Below the pieces are notes generated by a model, which was not told the origin of the DNA, did not search any database, and was given only the letters and a program-made list of their open reading frames with translations. From positions 26,722,001 through 26,786,000 of the forward strand of contig OZ024756.1 of NCBI GenBank assembly GCA_964016885.1: a DNA stretch of 64,000 nt, read 5' to 3'. The translations under genes and the position numbers were made by a program. Of the stretch, positions 1 through 64,000 are shown one piece after another (position 1 is the first letter of the stretch; each line of letters opens with the position of its first letter). Source of the DNA: Eledone cirrhosa (Eukaryota).

Positions 1-51703
<51,703 letters not shown>

Positions 51704-53385
51704 GTTTCCTGGTTAATGTTAACTAAAGAAATGTTCTGAAATATAAAAAATAAAAATAAATATCAGAAAAGACAAGTGCAAATTAATTCAGTTAACATGA
51801 TGATGATGATGATTCCATTTCAAAGAAAATGCAGAGAAAAATGGCAATCAGAGGGCTGGGAACACTAGAGGCCTGAATGCTGGCCAGTACAAAAGAGAAA
51901 TTGTTGGTCCCAGTATTTAGTTTATCTTCTACTCCTCGGTGTTACAGTCAACAGTGCCCAGGTTTGTTGGCTGAGGTGAAGAGGTTGGACCTGTAAAACA
52001 TGCCACAATATGTGCCATCCCATCTTATCAATGCCCTAAATCAGTTTGAGGAGGTGAATTAACAGAGTTATTCAGATAGAATGCCTTGCTGTATTTGTTC
52101 CTGCTCTCTGCCAAGGTCAACTTTACCTTTCCAAGTCAATAAAACAGAAAAATACCAGTCTAATCCAATCTGTGGGTCAGTTCTTCCCCTTCTCCTTCTC
52201 TGGAAGAAATCGGCTGTGCTCAGACCTGGTGAGAGGATACGCTCCACCAGTTCTTTAAAATATCCCTAAAGACACCTATGTTACTACAGTGCCCCCTACG
52301 ACTCCACCAGGAGTTACAGGTCCATATAACTATATAGGAAAAATTAGATGTTTTGTTGGCATCAGCTGGTCTGACATTAGGAGAGTATTTTGGCACTTAT
52401 TTGTTTTAGGATTAATTTTATAAAACTGCAGAGAAAAAAAATGGTAGGATTTTTTAAGTGCTGAGGATCTGAAATTCTGAATAAACAGTTTTTTTTTTGT
52501 TTTTTGTTAATCAGACAAATAGGATTTACGATTTAAAGTGTAATGTATAGATTTTGCGTATGAAAGAATTAGTTGTTTCACTTTCGGAAAATTCTAAATT
52601 TTTTTTTTTTTTTTTTTCAGTTTCAATTTAATGAAGGATGAAAACAATTTCAAACGTAAATGAAATGTATTTATAAACTTCAAATACAAAATAAATATAT
52701 CTATATACAACAAAACAAGGCATTTGCTAATAAATTAATACACACACACATATATATATATATATATACACATACATACATATACGCACATATTATCTCA
52801 ATCATCATCATATATATATATATATATATAGTCAGTTCTAATTTACAGAAAATTTAGTGATATTCAATAAGATTCTTACCTCTATTTAAAAAAGAAAGGT
52901 GTTAAAGATAGCAAGTAAAGATAGAACCAGACAAATAAATAGATAAATAGTTCAATGGATGGCTAAGTGGGTGGGTGGATAGATAGATTAGATAGACAGA
53001 TAGTTAGTTAGTTACATGGACAGATAGATGAGAGATAGATCGAAATATAGGTAGATAGATATTGTTGTGTGTAGTCGTCAACAGTAGTATTTAGTCAATT
53101 GCAGACAATCTGGCAATACTGAATTATTTAATATAAACTGAAAGTGAAAGTTTTTTTTTTATTTCGGGGGGGAAATTGACAATATTTAGAAACCAACAAA
53201 GGGACATAACAATGATTATTTCTGACTATTTCGTTTTAGCGTTTATTTTTTTTAAAACTTACTTTCTTTGGTTGTATTTTTAAAATCACATTTTAATAAT
53301 GTACAAAAAAAAAAAAAAATGAGGAAATATAAATTAAAACATTTGGCAAATTCTGAATCATCTTTAAAAATATAGAATTCCATAA

Positions 53386-54219
53386 TCTATATATATAAAA
53401 CTGAGGATGTCTGCCTGTGTGTGTGTTTGAATCCCTAAAACTCGAGAACCACCCAACCGACTGTTTTCATACTTTACACATGTAATACTTGTTTCAGGGA
53501 GTGTTCTGAGCAACAAAAAAAAATTCAAATTTTCAATGCCCTAGGGACCACATTAGGCGATCTCTCTATATAATTCTTAGTCTTTCTCTTTTTAGATAGA
53601 TACATACATATAACGTCGCGCCCTTATAATATGTCTGTATGTCTGTGAGTTTGAATCCCTAAAACTCGAGAAGTACCCAACCGATTTTTTTTCAAACTTT
53701 ACATGTGTATTACTTATGTTTCAATGAGTGTTATGCACATAAAAAATTCAACTTTTTGATCTAGTTGAAAAACTGCGTTTTCTAAGCTTTTTAGTTTTTT
53801 TTTAAGGCGTTACGTCATACCGATTTCCTTGAAATTGTAACTATGTATTAGTCAGTCTCTTCTTCATACCGTGAGCAAAGGAAATCCAACTTTTTTATGG
53901 CCTAGGGTCCGCATTAGGTGAAATACTTCATTTTTTCAGCTTTTTAGGGCTTTTTGGAGGCGTTACATCTAGCCGATTTTCCCGAAATTTCAAGGCATAT
54001 TATGCACATAAAAAATATTCATTTTCTTGATCCCCTAGGGCCCGCATTAGGTGAAAACCTGCATCATCAAGGAAAATCTTAAAGATTATCCAGCCATCAG
54101 AGTATTCGATTTATTTTCTTTACATATTGTCCAAGCATGCAGTTTTTCCACGATTAGGTCTGTTGGCGGCCCGCCTTCTAAAATACCTTATCCCGTGCAA
54201 CGCCGGGTACCACTGCTAG
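53386..54219 (+). mobile_element. Non-autonomous Helitron-like element
   Basis: A/TCTATATATATAAAA 5' end, 3' hairpin CCCGTGCAACGCCGGG then CTAG/T, internal duplications. Confidence 0.8.
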
Positions 54220-54402
54220 TTCATTATATAATACAGTAAATTTTGTAATTACACACTCTCACACACACACACATATATATATATAGTAAATTTTATAATT
54301 ACATGCGCACATACAAATACACGTGTGTGCATGTAATTATAAAATTTACTTATTTTATAATGAATTATGGAATTCTATATGTGTATATTATATATAATAT
54401 AG

Positions 54403-54437
<35 letters not shown>

Positions 54438-54438
<1 letters not shown>

Positions 54439-54802
54439 CACTGACCAAGAAACTCACTTAGATGGTGGATGGGTGCTACACGAGAATGCCGAGGATGTCT
54501 GACCATTAATCTGAGGTTGAAGAACTCAGAGCTGGACGGGAGCCTCCCAAAAGTCAGCTCGAAAGTAACACAAGGAAGACTGAGGTTAGCTGGACATGCT
54601 CACCGACATTCAGAGTTGACGCTGCACTAAGTGCTCCTGTGGGAGCCCCTACACGGACACACTAGAAGTGGGAGACCGAGGTTGACATATATTGGACAGA
54701 TACTGGTCTCTGGGAGACGCAGGGAATGGTGGCGATGATGAAGGACAGAGACCGGTGGAGAGAACTCGTCCATGGATCTCGGGAATTTTACCCGCCCTAG
54801 AT
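54438..54802 (+). mobile_element. 3' end of the same RTE family, inserted in (TA)n
   Basis: High similarity to the reverse complement of 19998-20380; ends GGGAATTTTACCCGCCCTAG. Confidence 0.88.
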
Positions 54803-54824
54803 ATATATATATATATATAAATAT

Positions 54825-55186
54825 TTCTTCGCCCACTTATTCCTGAGGGGGTCGTGGGGGCAGAGTCCTCAAACACTCTACCTGGGGTGACTCTTTGATC
54901 TCCGAGTTACGCACTTTATCGAGTAACGTTACTCCAAAGAAACCTTCAGGGGAATCCCATTTCGGCAGCTTGTATTCGCGATCGTATTCTTTCGGTCATT
55001 ACTCAAGACTCATGAGCGCAAGTAAGGGTTGGCACGAAAACCGAATTGAAGATCGTGAGTTTGGCTTTTACGCCTACCTCCCTTCTTCTGAGTACTGAAG
55101 CTGGCACATTACTGCCTCAGCTTTTGCGATTCTTGCACATAATTCAGCCTCCTGCCTTCCATCACTCGTGAACAAGACCCTGATAC
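54825..55186 (-). mobile_element. Expander/Rex3-like RTE LINE fragment
   Basis: VLFTSDGRQEAE..KLTIFNSVFVPTLT..HES*VMTERIRSRIQAAEMGF; related 3' pieces at 33350-33840, 61360-61540 and 31010-31090. Confidence 0.75.
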
Positions 55187-55229
55187 ACATATATATGTGT
55201 GTATAGCTGAGAATTAATTAACAATATAG

Positions 55230-55700
55230 ATTTGTGCCGGCCTACACCGTGGCCGGCAGTGAATACCAATTAAAGGGAGGCAAATCTCTAATTTCGGACG
55301 CCATGTGCTGCGAAATGCTTTTCGACAACAAACCGGAGCCTTGCCACTTGTAATGCAGAAGAGGAGAAAACAGCTAAATATCGGGACTTGACTGATCGCC
55401 GCCGAGATTTCTGGTGTGCTCTGTTCCCGAACTGCCGTTCTCATCCGCAAAATTGGAATGAGTACATCCCACCTGAGGAAAGAGCCCCGTGAGATGGTGT
55501 GGTTAATTAATTTCAGCGAATGGCACAGACTGTACTTCGCTGCAATGCTTTCGTTATTTTGTCCGCGGGGGCGCAGCTGAGATATAACGTCTAACTAGGA
55601 GTGTAATTAGCTACTACCTCCCTTTATTTGTTTTGTTAATTAAGCGAAATATTTCAGTGAATAAATTTATAATTCAAACTCACGCGCGCCAATTCAAATT
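55230..55700 (-). promoter_or_regulatory. Candidate TDRD12 promoter / first non-coding exon: CpG-rich patch with a CDE-CHR element
   Basis: CGCGCG-CCAA-TTCAAA at 55683-55698, second TTCAAA at 55673-55678; donor-like CAG/GTGGGA at 55473. Confidence 0.45.
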
Positions 55701-57419
55701 CTATGTTCTGAATTCAGAACCTACCTATGTTCGATTCTTGTAGTCTAATGTGTCTTAAGTAATGTATACTAACACGTGTTGCTTCGTTGGATATAATACA
55801 ATCTCTAAAAAGCATAGAAAATATATTTCAGTGTTTGCGCCGTTCATTGAAATAAATATTGCACCATGTACTTTCGATATTATATTACTTTCAATATTGT
55901 TTAACGAATATTTCCGAAGAGTGTGATTTGAAATATATAGAAAGAGAGATAGGTAGATAGATAACATAGTGAATTTGTGGTCTTGCGTCAATGTTAGAAA
56001 CCCAAAGTAAAAATAAGCAACACGTGTTGAGAGTGGAAGTAGATTATCGAACATAATACGATCTTTAAAATTCATATAACTATTCCAATGTGTTATTTTT
56101 TTCAGTTGTGTTTTTATATGACAGCAATTATTACATATATTAAGCTTATATTACTTTCATTATCGTTTTTAACACCTGTTTTGAAGAAATAGATTATATA
56201 TAAAAGTGTGTGTATAAATGACAATCTAATTGAGCAAAATAAAACACATATCAATACTTATTCACGCGGAGATAGATTGAGAATATATACTTACAAAAAT
56301 TATTATAGGCATAGAATACTAGCCTGTGGGTGTAATTCACCAGGTTAAAATATTTCATAGAAACATGAAACAATGTATGAGTTGTTCAGATAACAAAGTA
56401 CACCGTAGGTGTCGGGCCAAAACAATCCCTCATATACCTGTCAGAAGACTTCGTGTGTATATATATATATTATATATATATAATTTTCTACCCACACGAA
56501 ATCGCTTTTCTTACTATTTAACCTATTAGTATACACTGATTTTTGGAGGGATACTGGCTTAATTAAAACATCGAATGAGTGGGAAAACGATCGAAGATTT
56601 TTCGGTCCTATCCGATGACTTCGTTTCAGTGTTATTAGGCCCTTTACGTTCTGAGTTCAAATCCCGCCGAAGTTAACTTTGCTTTTCATCCTTACGGGGT
56701 CGATAAAATAAAACACCAGTAATGCACTGAGGTAATTGCTGGCCTTGTGCCAAAAGTAGAAACATTATTATATATAAATAGATAGATGTAGATATATATG
56801 TGAATTGAGTTTCGAGGCACTTTTGAAAGCATTGTGACAATAGTATAACATATATGAAGTCTTTTAGCTGGAACGTCGCGTGAGGGCTTTTTTCTTTTCT
56901 TTTTTTAAAGACTTTCTGCTGTCCAGCTCTCATAAGAGTTTCTTACCACTAGCTATCTTTATTTTATATGCACAGTTTATATGCACAGTTGAGCCATCTC
57001 TCCCTTATATATATTTAGAGAGAGAGATGGCTCAACTATGCTTTCATTCATTCACTCAGAATGCTCATATGTAGAAACCACTTTCGGTACCATTTAACCC
57101 CCCCCCCCCCCCCGTGGATATCAATAATAAGGACTTCCTCCTTAAATTTGAAAGAAAGATATGATAGTCATGGTTTGAACGCTTTTCATAACTTATTTTC
57201 TCTATCACAGCTGCAAGAAAATGCAGCAAAAAAAAAAAAAAAAAGAAAGATTTACATGTATTAAATTATATTGATTTTGAATCGTATCATATTGAAATAC
57301 AACAAATAAACTGTATGAAATTTTAATTAATTTCGATGGGGTGGGCACAACTGGAGCGTTTAAGGGAAATGTGTTTAACTATTCGCTCTTTGTTGAAACT
57401 CTTTTGCTCCCTCCTACAC

Positions 57420-57755
57420 CATGGATGCCGCGGTGAATGTGAGGGTCACTGCTTTCCGTAGCCGAACGGAATAACATCCTAAAATAGCGAGAAGTATCAA
57501 GTAACTATTTTTTTCCCAGCCTGTGACGTTCGAAATGTTTGGTGGAGCTGGACCGCTGACAGTAACGTTCTTGTCATCGTTGGCGGCTCGCCTTACCGAG
57601 GTGTCAGGTGATGCCCTTGAGAGTGCCGGGTTGTTTCAGTGCCTTAGCCACGCCATCGCCTGGCTTTACGAAGGTTTCAGATAATGCTTGGTTGTTTCAG
57701 CGTCTTAGCCTCGCCATCACCGGCGGTAATGCTGAGAGCGTTGGCTTACCCCAAA
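57420..57755 (+). mobile_element. CRE-clade-like (RLE-type) non-LTR retrotransposon 3' fragment
   Basis: Frameshifted TFEMFGGAGP..FLSSLAARLTEVSGD..AWLFQRLSLAITGGNAESV. Confidence 0.65.
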
Positions 57756-57918
57756 AAGTATTCATTAAGTATTATATATATTATATGTGTCTATATGTTC
57801 ATTCTTTAAGAAGTATTAAGTATTATATATATTATTTGTGTTTATATTTTCACTCTGCAAGAATTATAAACCATTTTTAACGTTATTTATACAACTGATG
57901 AAAAAGTCTAATGTTGAC

Positions 57919-58076
57919 AACGCATGCGCAAGAGCCAAAAATCAATCGAACCGTCAAGTTTGTATTGAACGACAATGCATGGAATAAACAACAACAGAAA
58001 CGGGTTGGGGGAGGGATGGACTTAGAAAGGAAATACTCATGAAATTATTCTAGATGATAAATATTTTAGGTAAGGG
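57919..58076 (+). promoter_or_regulatory. Possible divergent promoter/first exon
   Basis: NRF1-like CGCATGCGCA at 57921-57930 and donor TAG/GTAAGG at 58070/58071. Confidence 0.3.
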
Positions 58077-61000
58077 TACATTTATATAAATCTTGGTTTA
58101 TTTCTTTTTAATTACTTTTTTTAAAGTGAAGTTTTACATTAACTGTATTGTGGCTTGTAAAATTTTAATAACCCTCCAGTCGCAATATAAACTTATTATA
58201 CTGCTTTAATATTAATGATTAGTACAAATAAATTAGAATTATTTACAAAAAGAAGCTCAAAATAACTTTAAATTACTTTTCACATCGGAGTAACGAAGTA
58301 AATAACACTTGTGGGTAATTTAGCAACAAAATTCATCTTATTTGTTTGTCCGATGTTACAAAAGTCCTGAATTCTTTCAACATCCAAGATTTTTTCTCCT
58401 TTTCATTTCCCACCGAAATGTTTTCATGATTTTGTTTGTATGTTCAATCTTCTTCGTTGTCCTGAGAATTATTTCAGTCAACATCTAGAAAGCAGTAGCA
58501 CGCCACGTGTAGTATATTACCTAAAAAATCGAAACCAAGTTCATTTTGGTCTGACTTCTGTTAAGTTTTGATGCGTTTTAAATGAAAAATAGTCTTCAGA
58601 CCGTTGTAAATTATTCCTTTTCTGTGGTTCTTTCATCTGAGAAATTCATTACACTTGTGTGTGAGACGGCTGTATTACTTGTTTCTACTTTTGGCACCAG
58701 GATGAAAAGCAAGGTGGGTGTAATGATTTCTAATTTAGTTAGGCACAAGGCCTACAATTTTGAGAAAGAGGAATGTCGATTAAATCGACCCTAGATTTTT
58801 TTACTGGTACATTATTTTATCGACACCGGAAGGTTGGCAGGCGAAGTTGAACTCAGAATGTAAAAGCCGGAACAAATACTGCGAAATATTTGTCCGGTGC
58901 TCAATCAACCGTCCAGAAGTCAGGTGCAATGATAAAAATGTATAGACTGTAAGGCTGGTGGATTGGCAGTATCGGTAGAGCGTCAGACAACATGCTTTGT
59001 TGTGTAGAGTTACGCCCCTTTATGTTCTGATTTCAAAACCCTCTGATGTTAGCTTTGCCTTTCATCCTTACGGGATCGATAAAATAAAGAACCAGTAAAG
59101 CTATGGGATAGATTTAATCGACTTTCCCCTTCTCCGAAATTGTTGACTTTGTGCCTTAATTAGAAATGATTATATATAGACTGTGACTTATCAAAAATTG
59201 TAGATACATCACAGAACAAGAATCCTATCCTAACAGTATTTAGCTCCAGCTCATTATGTTGTAACTTTAAATCCCACGGAGTCAGGCTTGATTTCACTAA
59301 TCCTGCAATCTTGGGATTGGATATGTGTTGCAGTAGGGGATTTTCCGAACTATTATTGAAGCTTAGGGGAAACAGCAAAATAATGCATATACTGTAATGT
59401 ATTACTTATACCGATTCAACTTATATAGCCTAAACATAGTCCTGAAGCTGCCGTCACCACTCCATAAGAGTCTTTTTCTACTTGTATTTTCTTACCTTTT
59501 AATATTTTTCTGTTTACGATAACTTTCTTACTTTCGGTATTAGCAAAAAAAAAAAAAAATTATGATTGCCTCTTATTTTGTTTTTTTAAACATCATACAC
59601 ATGTAACAGGTTTCTATCTAAGTTCAAATATTGAAACCTTTCAATTTGCTCTCACGTCAGACACCCCGCCCAACAAAAATAAATAAATGAAAGATTCTTA
59701 CATCGGTCAGTAGACTGCGACGACGACGAAAAAAATGTGCTGTTAGCAGTAAACAACATCTGTTTTGCTCGGAAGTGACTACTCAGTAATTGACGGCCAC
59801 TCAAGAATAAACTCTCACCAAGATATGTACAAGCTGCGAAGCCTAAAGAAATTAGATGGCATTTCGGGACTCACTGGCGCGTCACTTTTGAAAAAGCCAT
59901 CGCAAACCAAATAATTGTTTCTACTTTAGGCACAAGGCCAGCAATTATCCAGTGCATTACTGGTACTTTATTTTATCGACCCCGTAAGGATGAAAGGCAA
60001 AGTCAACCTTGGCGGGATTTGAACTCAAATCATAAAGGGACGTAACTATGATGGAAAGCATGGCGTCCGATCCTCTACCGATACTGCCAATCCACCGCTG
60101 ACTACACACATAAACACATGTATTTCATATGAATATTCTGGAATATCAGCTATTGACATCCTTATGATTTAAAGCAATCATATTTACAACGTAAATAATG
60201 TGTTGTTATTTTTTAAATGTTTTACCTTCCTTCAACGCCTCATGCCTTCGCTTCAACACAAATATTTATTTTGGGTTCGCATTGCTCTACTTTTTCTTCT
60301 TTCATATGAGACAGCTGCAGTTAAGTGATATCCTCCCAGGTGTTGTAACCAGCCCACGGTAGTGGCATTAGACTGTATGAAGTTCATCGATTGACGTCTA
60401 TCTTCCACGCTAGCATGAGTTAGACGGGTTTGTCCCATTTAGAGGCAAGTTGGGTCGGGTGACCGTGTCTCGCTCATATAGAAGAGATTCTGGCTGGTTT
60501 TCTACGGTTGGATGCTCTACCTAACGCCAACCACATTGACTGTGTGCTGGGTGCTTTTTGCCGTGTCTTTTACACGTCCACTTTACAGTGTGGGCTGGTT
60601 TTCTACGGCTGGATGCCCTTCCTAACGCCAACCACATTTACAGTGTGGGCTGGGTGCTTTTTGTCGTGAGACCTACACAATTCCTTTACAGATATCTATA
60701 TCTGTAACTGAAACATTACCAGCTTTTCCGCGCCCACCCACTTAACTCCTACACATCTTACACAAACCACTGTAACTCGACCTTTTATAAATAGCTGCTT
60801 AATCGTCAAATAAGTTTCAAAGTGATTTGTATATATTTTTACCATTTCAGAATCTTTGTCAATGAATTGTTACTGTACCTCATCACTTACACTCTTAAAC
60901 AGATATTTGTTTCGCGTACAAAGGGATAATAACTCTATCTTCTGTTTGTGATTTGAGTGGTCTAGGAAAATATTTTCTATATACATCTTGTTACCTTTTT

Positions 61001-61955
61001 AAAACGTAAATTATAATTCAAGGGAGATAACTTTGGAATGAATTAATGGGGTTCATTCCCTTAAGTTCGAACCTATTAATTTATATTGGTTTTTTATATA
61101 GGCAAAAGGCCAGTGATTTTGGAGGAGGGGAAAGTCGATTAAATCGACCCCAGTGCGTGACTGGTACTTTATTTTACCGACCCCGTGAGGATGAAAGGCA
61201 AAGTTAACCTCGGCGGGATTTGAAATCAGATCATAAAGGGCCGTAACTCTTTGCTACAAAGCATGGCGTCCGACTCTACCGATACTGCAAATCCACCGCC
61301 CTAACCTATTAATTTATATTGAAACTTTATTAAAAATCGAACTATTAAAATCTTCTTTCACTTATTCCTGAGAGTGGGAGCAGAGTCCTCCTTTCAGAAG
61401 TAACCATCTCCAGTTGATCCTGCTTGATACCCAAGTGAGACCAGCCAAGCTCATGAATGTTATCCAACCATCTTGCTCTGGGTCTCTTGTCGGTTGGTTT
61501 TGCCGGTTAAATCTGTCCAACGATTCTTTCCTGAGACATTCTAACCACTTTAAAAATAATAAAAAGATGTTTCATATTAAGTATTTATGAACACAGGAAA
61601 ATGTGCTCAATGCCAAAGTAGATAATATATATATATATTATCTTACTGAGATTATTCTCTGTTGCCACTTATGAAACTGGGAATGATTATTATCGTGTAA
61701 ATAAAATAAACACATCTTACATATGTTGTCACTATAATTAACAGTTCCTTCTGACCAACATCACCGGCTGTGTACACATGTAAAAGAAAGCTGGTCCATT
61801 CTTTGGGGAATATTTTTAGATAATGCAGTGTGAGTGAACATAGTGAAGCAAGGACATAATTTGATCTCTTTAGATATCAATATCTCTTTGGCAAAGTATA
61901 TTTACTGAAGTTGGCTAGGTTAGAATATGGACTTATATATATATATATATATATA

Positions 61956-62325
61956 GGTGTATGGTTGCAAGAAAAATTGCGTCCGTAGGCCGTATGCCAG
62001 TTGATACTCGATGCTCGCGCAGAGCAGAGTATAATACTATAAGAATAAAGGATTCAGTGTTGCATCATAGCATATTTAATTACATATGTTTCACTATCGA
62101 TCAGCTCGAGGAACGACCTATTATTGATCGAACTTGACTCTGTAATCGAAAGATCATCAGGTATGTTTCCTATGAGACTAGATCACATAGGAAACATATC
62201 TGATGATCTTTCGATTACAGAGTCAGGTTCGATTAATAATAGGTCGTTCCTCGAGCTGATCGATAGTGAAACATATGTAATATGTTATGATGCAACATTG
62301 AATCCTTGTTCCTTTATTCTTATAG

Positions 62326-62328
<3 letters not shown>
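61956..62328. mobile_element. Fold-back element in (TA)n: tail plus ~140-bp inverted arms (62034-62328); probable Penelope-like inverted pLTR
   Basis: Hammerhead motif in both arms, (TA)n on both sides. Confidence 0.72.
62194..62285 (+). ncRNA. Type I minimal hammerhead ribozyme motif (Penelope-like-element type)
   Basis: ACATAT-CTGATGA-[long stem II]-GAAA-CATATG-TA-ATATGT: perfect 6-bp stem I, canonical core, palindromic stem III, GUA cleavage triplet. Confidence 0.8.
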
Positions 62329-62368
<40 letters not shown>

Positions 62369-62827
62369 TGGTAGAACACGGAGGTTATATCCGTAATAGT
62401 AGAGCACTCAGTTCATGGGACGAGTTCGGTAGAAGTTAGTTCCACAACAGTTAATAAACCATTTTCAAGAGTGAGGAGCTAAGACATGCATGGGAAACCC
62501 TTTTCAAGCAGTGGGTTGCATAGGATGTGACTCATCATAAGGCAGGCCTCACTATTAAAAAAATTCAAGGCAATTTTGAAATTAGGCGTGCCATTCAGAA
62601 AGCCAAACAGGCCGCAGATTGCCGGTACAAGCAGATCTAGGACATACACATACTACAAACACACCTTTTCACATCCACACCAGCCACCATGGATGTTATT
62701 GGTACATATATAGTCTGAAATTTCTTTTCTTTTCGTTTTTTTTTTTTTGCATATAGTATTTAAACCAGTCGTATCCAGCCGTAATTCTCTCACCTCTTTC
62801 TGTTCAAACCAGCCATAACTGACTGCT

Positions 62828-63425
62828 TATAATACTAAAAGTCTGTGATTGCTTGCTTGCTTGTCTGTAATGCGAAGAAACTTTGAAAGGAAGTTGATCC
62901 TGAAATGGGGATACAAATGGAATAAAAACAAGTTTCGCGTAAATCGGATCATGGGTTCCCGAGATATGGGTTTTTTTCTGGGTACCTTCATAAACAGAGA
63001 GAGAGAAAGAGATAGTGGTTGTGAGAGAGAAAGAGATAGTGGTTGTGAGAGAGTAGATTGAAAGAGAGACATAGTGAGAGGGAAAGGAGAATGGAAGAGA
63101 GAGAGAGATGGTGTTGTTGTTGAGTATATATATATATATACATGTGTGTGTGTGCGTCTATGGCCAGTGTATATAGATCACAGACACCCACATATATATA
63201 TATACATGCACGCGCACACACACATATATGTATACAAACATGCACATTTATATATATACATACACACACACATATATATATATATATGGGCCTTCCAGTT
63301 TCATTTCACATATATACATACATGTCTGTGTATATTTTAATTATTTAAAAATTATTTTTAAGTGAACATGATTTAAAAAAAATATTTTGAAATGAACGTG
63401 ACCAAACGGGTCACGGGTGGTCTAG
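62828..63425 (+). mobile_element. Non-autonomous Helitron-like element
   Basis: 3' hairpin CGTGACC-AAACG-GGTCACG then CTAG/T; 5' TATAATACTAAAAG followed by (GCTT)n. Confidence 0.6.
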
Positions 63426-63532
63426 TTTACTATTAGATTTTCATGATAAAGGCTTTATTTCACATAATATTGAATCTATGAGATTTTGAAAGTATTTATT
63501 TTGAGAACAATACCTTAACATGAGTGGTTAAA

Positions 63533-64000
63533 GCCAGATTGAACAGAAAAAGGTGAGAGAATTCTGGCTGGATATGGCCGGTTTCAGCCAGTTTGAACAG
63601 AAAAAGGTGAGAGAATTCTGGCTGGATACGGCCGGTTACAGCCAGTTTGAACAGAAAAAGGTGAGAGAATTCTGGCTGGATATGGCCGGTTTCAGCCAGT
63701 TTGAACAGAAAAAGGTGAGAGAATTCTGGCTGGATATGGCCGGTTACAGCCAGTTTGAACAGAAAAAGGTGAGAGAATTCAGGCTGGATACAGCCGGTTA
63801 CAGCCAGTTTGAACAGAAAAAGGTGAGAGAATTCTGGCTGGATACGGCCGGTTACAGCCAGTTTGAACAGAAAAAGGTGAGAGAATTCTGGCTGGATACG
63901 GCCGGTTGCAGCCAGTTTGAACAGAAAAAGGTGAGAGAATTCAGGCTGGATACGGCCGGTTACAGCCAGTTTGAACAGAAAAAGGTGAGAGAATTCTGGC
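63533..64000. repeat. 54-bp satellite amplified from the TTAA-MITE interior, runs off the window
   Basis: CAGCCAGTTTGAACAGAAAAAGGTGAGAGAATTCTGGCTGGATACGGCCGGTTA. Confidence 0.93.

Noticed and set aside
55214-55450. 78-aa ORF or possible structured ncRNA in the CpG-rich patch
   Set aside because: No recognisable domain or RNA family motif; better explained as promoter-proximal sequence
56610-56635. GAAACGAAGTC hammerhead half-motif on the minus strand
   Set aside because: No CUGANGA or stem II upstream; a SINE lies there instead
59160-59378. 72-aa minus-strand ORF of normal composition
   Set aside because: No recognisable homology and no convincing splice-site pair

Overview
AT-rich, repeat-dense eukaryotic genomic DNA, most likely octopus or another coleoid cephalopod (inferred from the SINE families). 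About 52 kb is one minus-strand gene that I reconstructed by hand from GT-AG splice sites and reading-frame phase. It has 39 coding exons (start ATG at 51703, running off the window at position 1, about 1,870 aa visible). It encodes TDRD12, a piRNA-pathway factor, with this layout: N-terminal extended Tudor, 537-aa disordered exon, DEAD-box-like helicase with intact Walker A but DDAD, CCCH zinc finger, two more Tudor domains, and a helical tail. The introns and upstream region hold a decayed hAT-Charlie/Buster transposon, RTE, Expander, CRE and Tx1-like LINE fragments, Helitron-like elements, MITEs, two abundant tRNA-derived SINE families and many minisatellites. The most unusual signal is a set of short non-coding fold-back elements at (TA)n tracts. 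Their inverted arms carry outward-facing minimal hammerhead ribozyme motifs of the Penelope-like-element type, and one has a non-canonical catalytic core. There is also a 446-bp nested palindrome. All coordinates and folds were derived by eye; no database searches were run.
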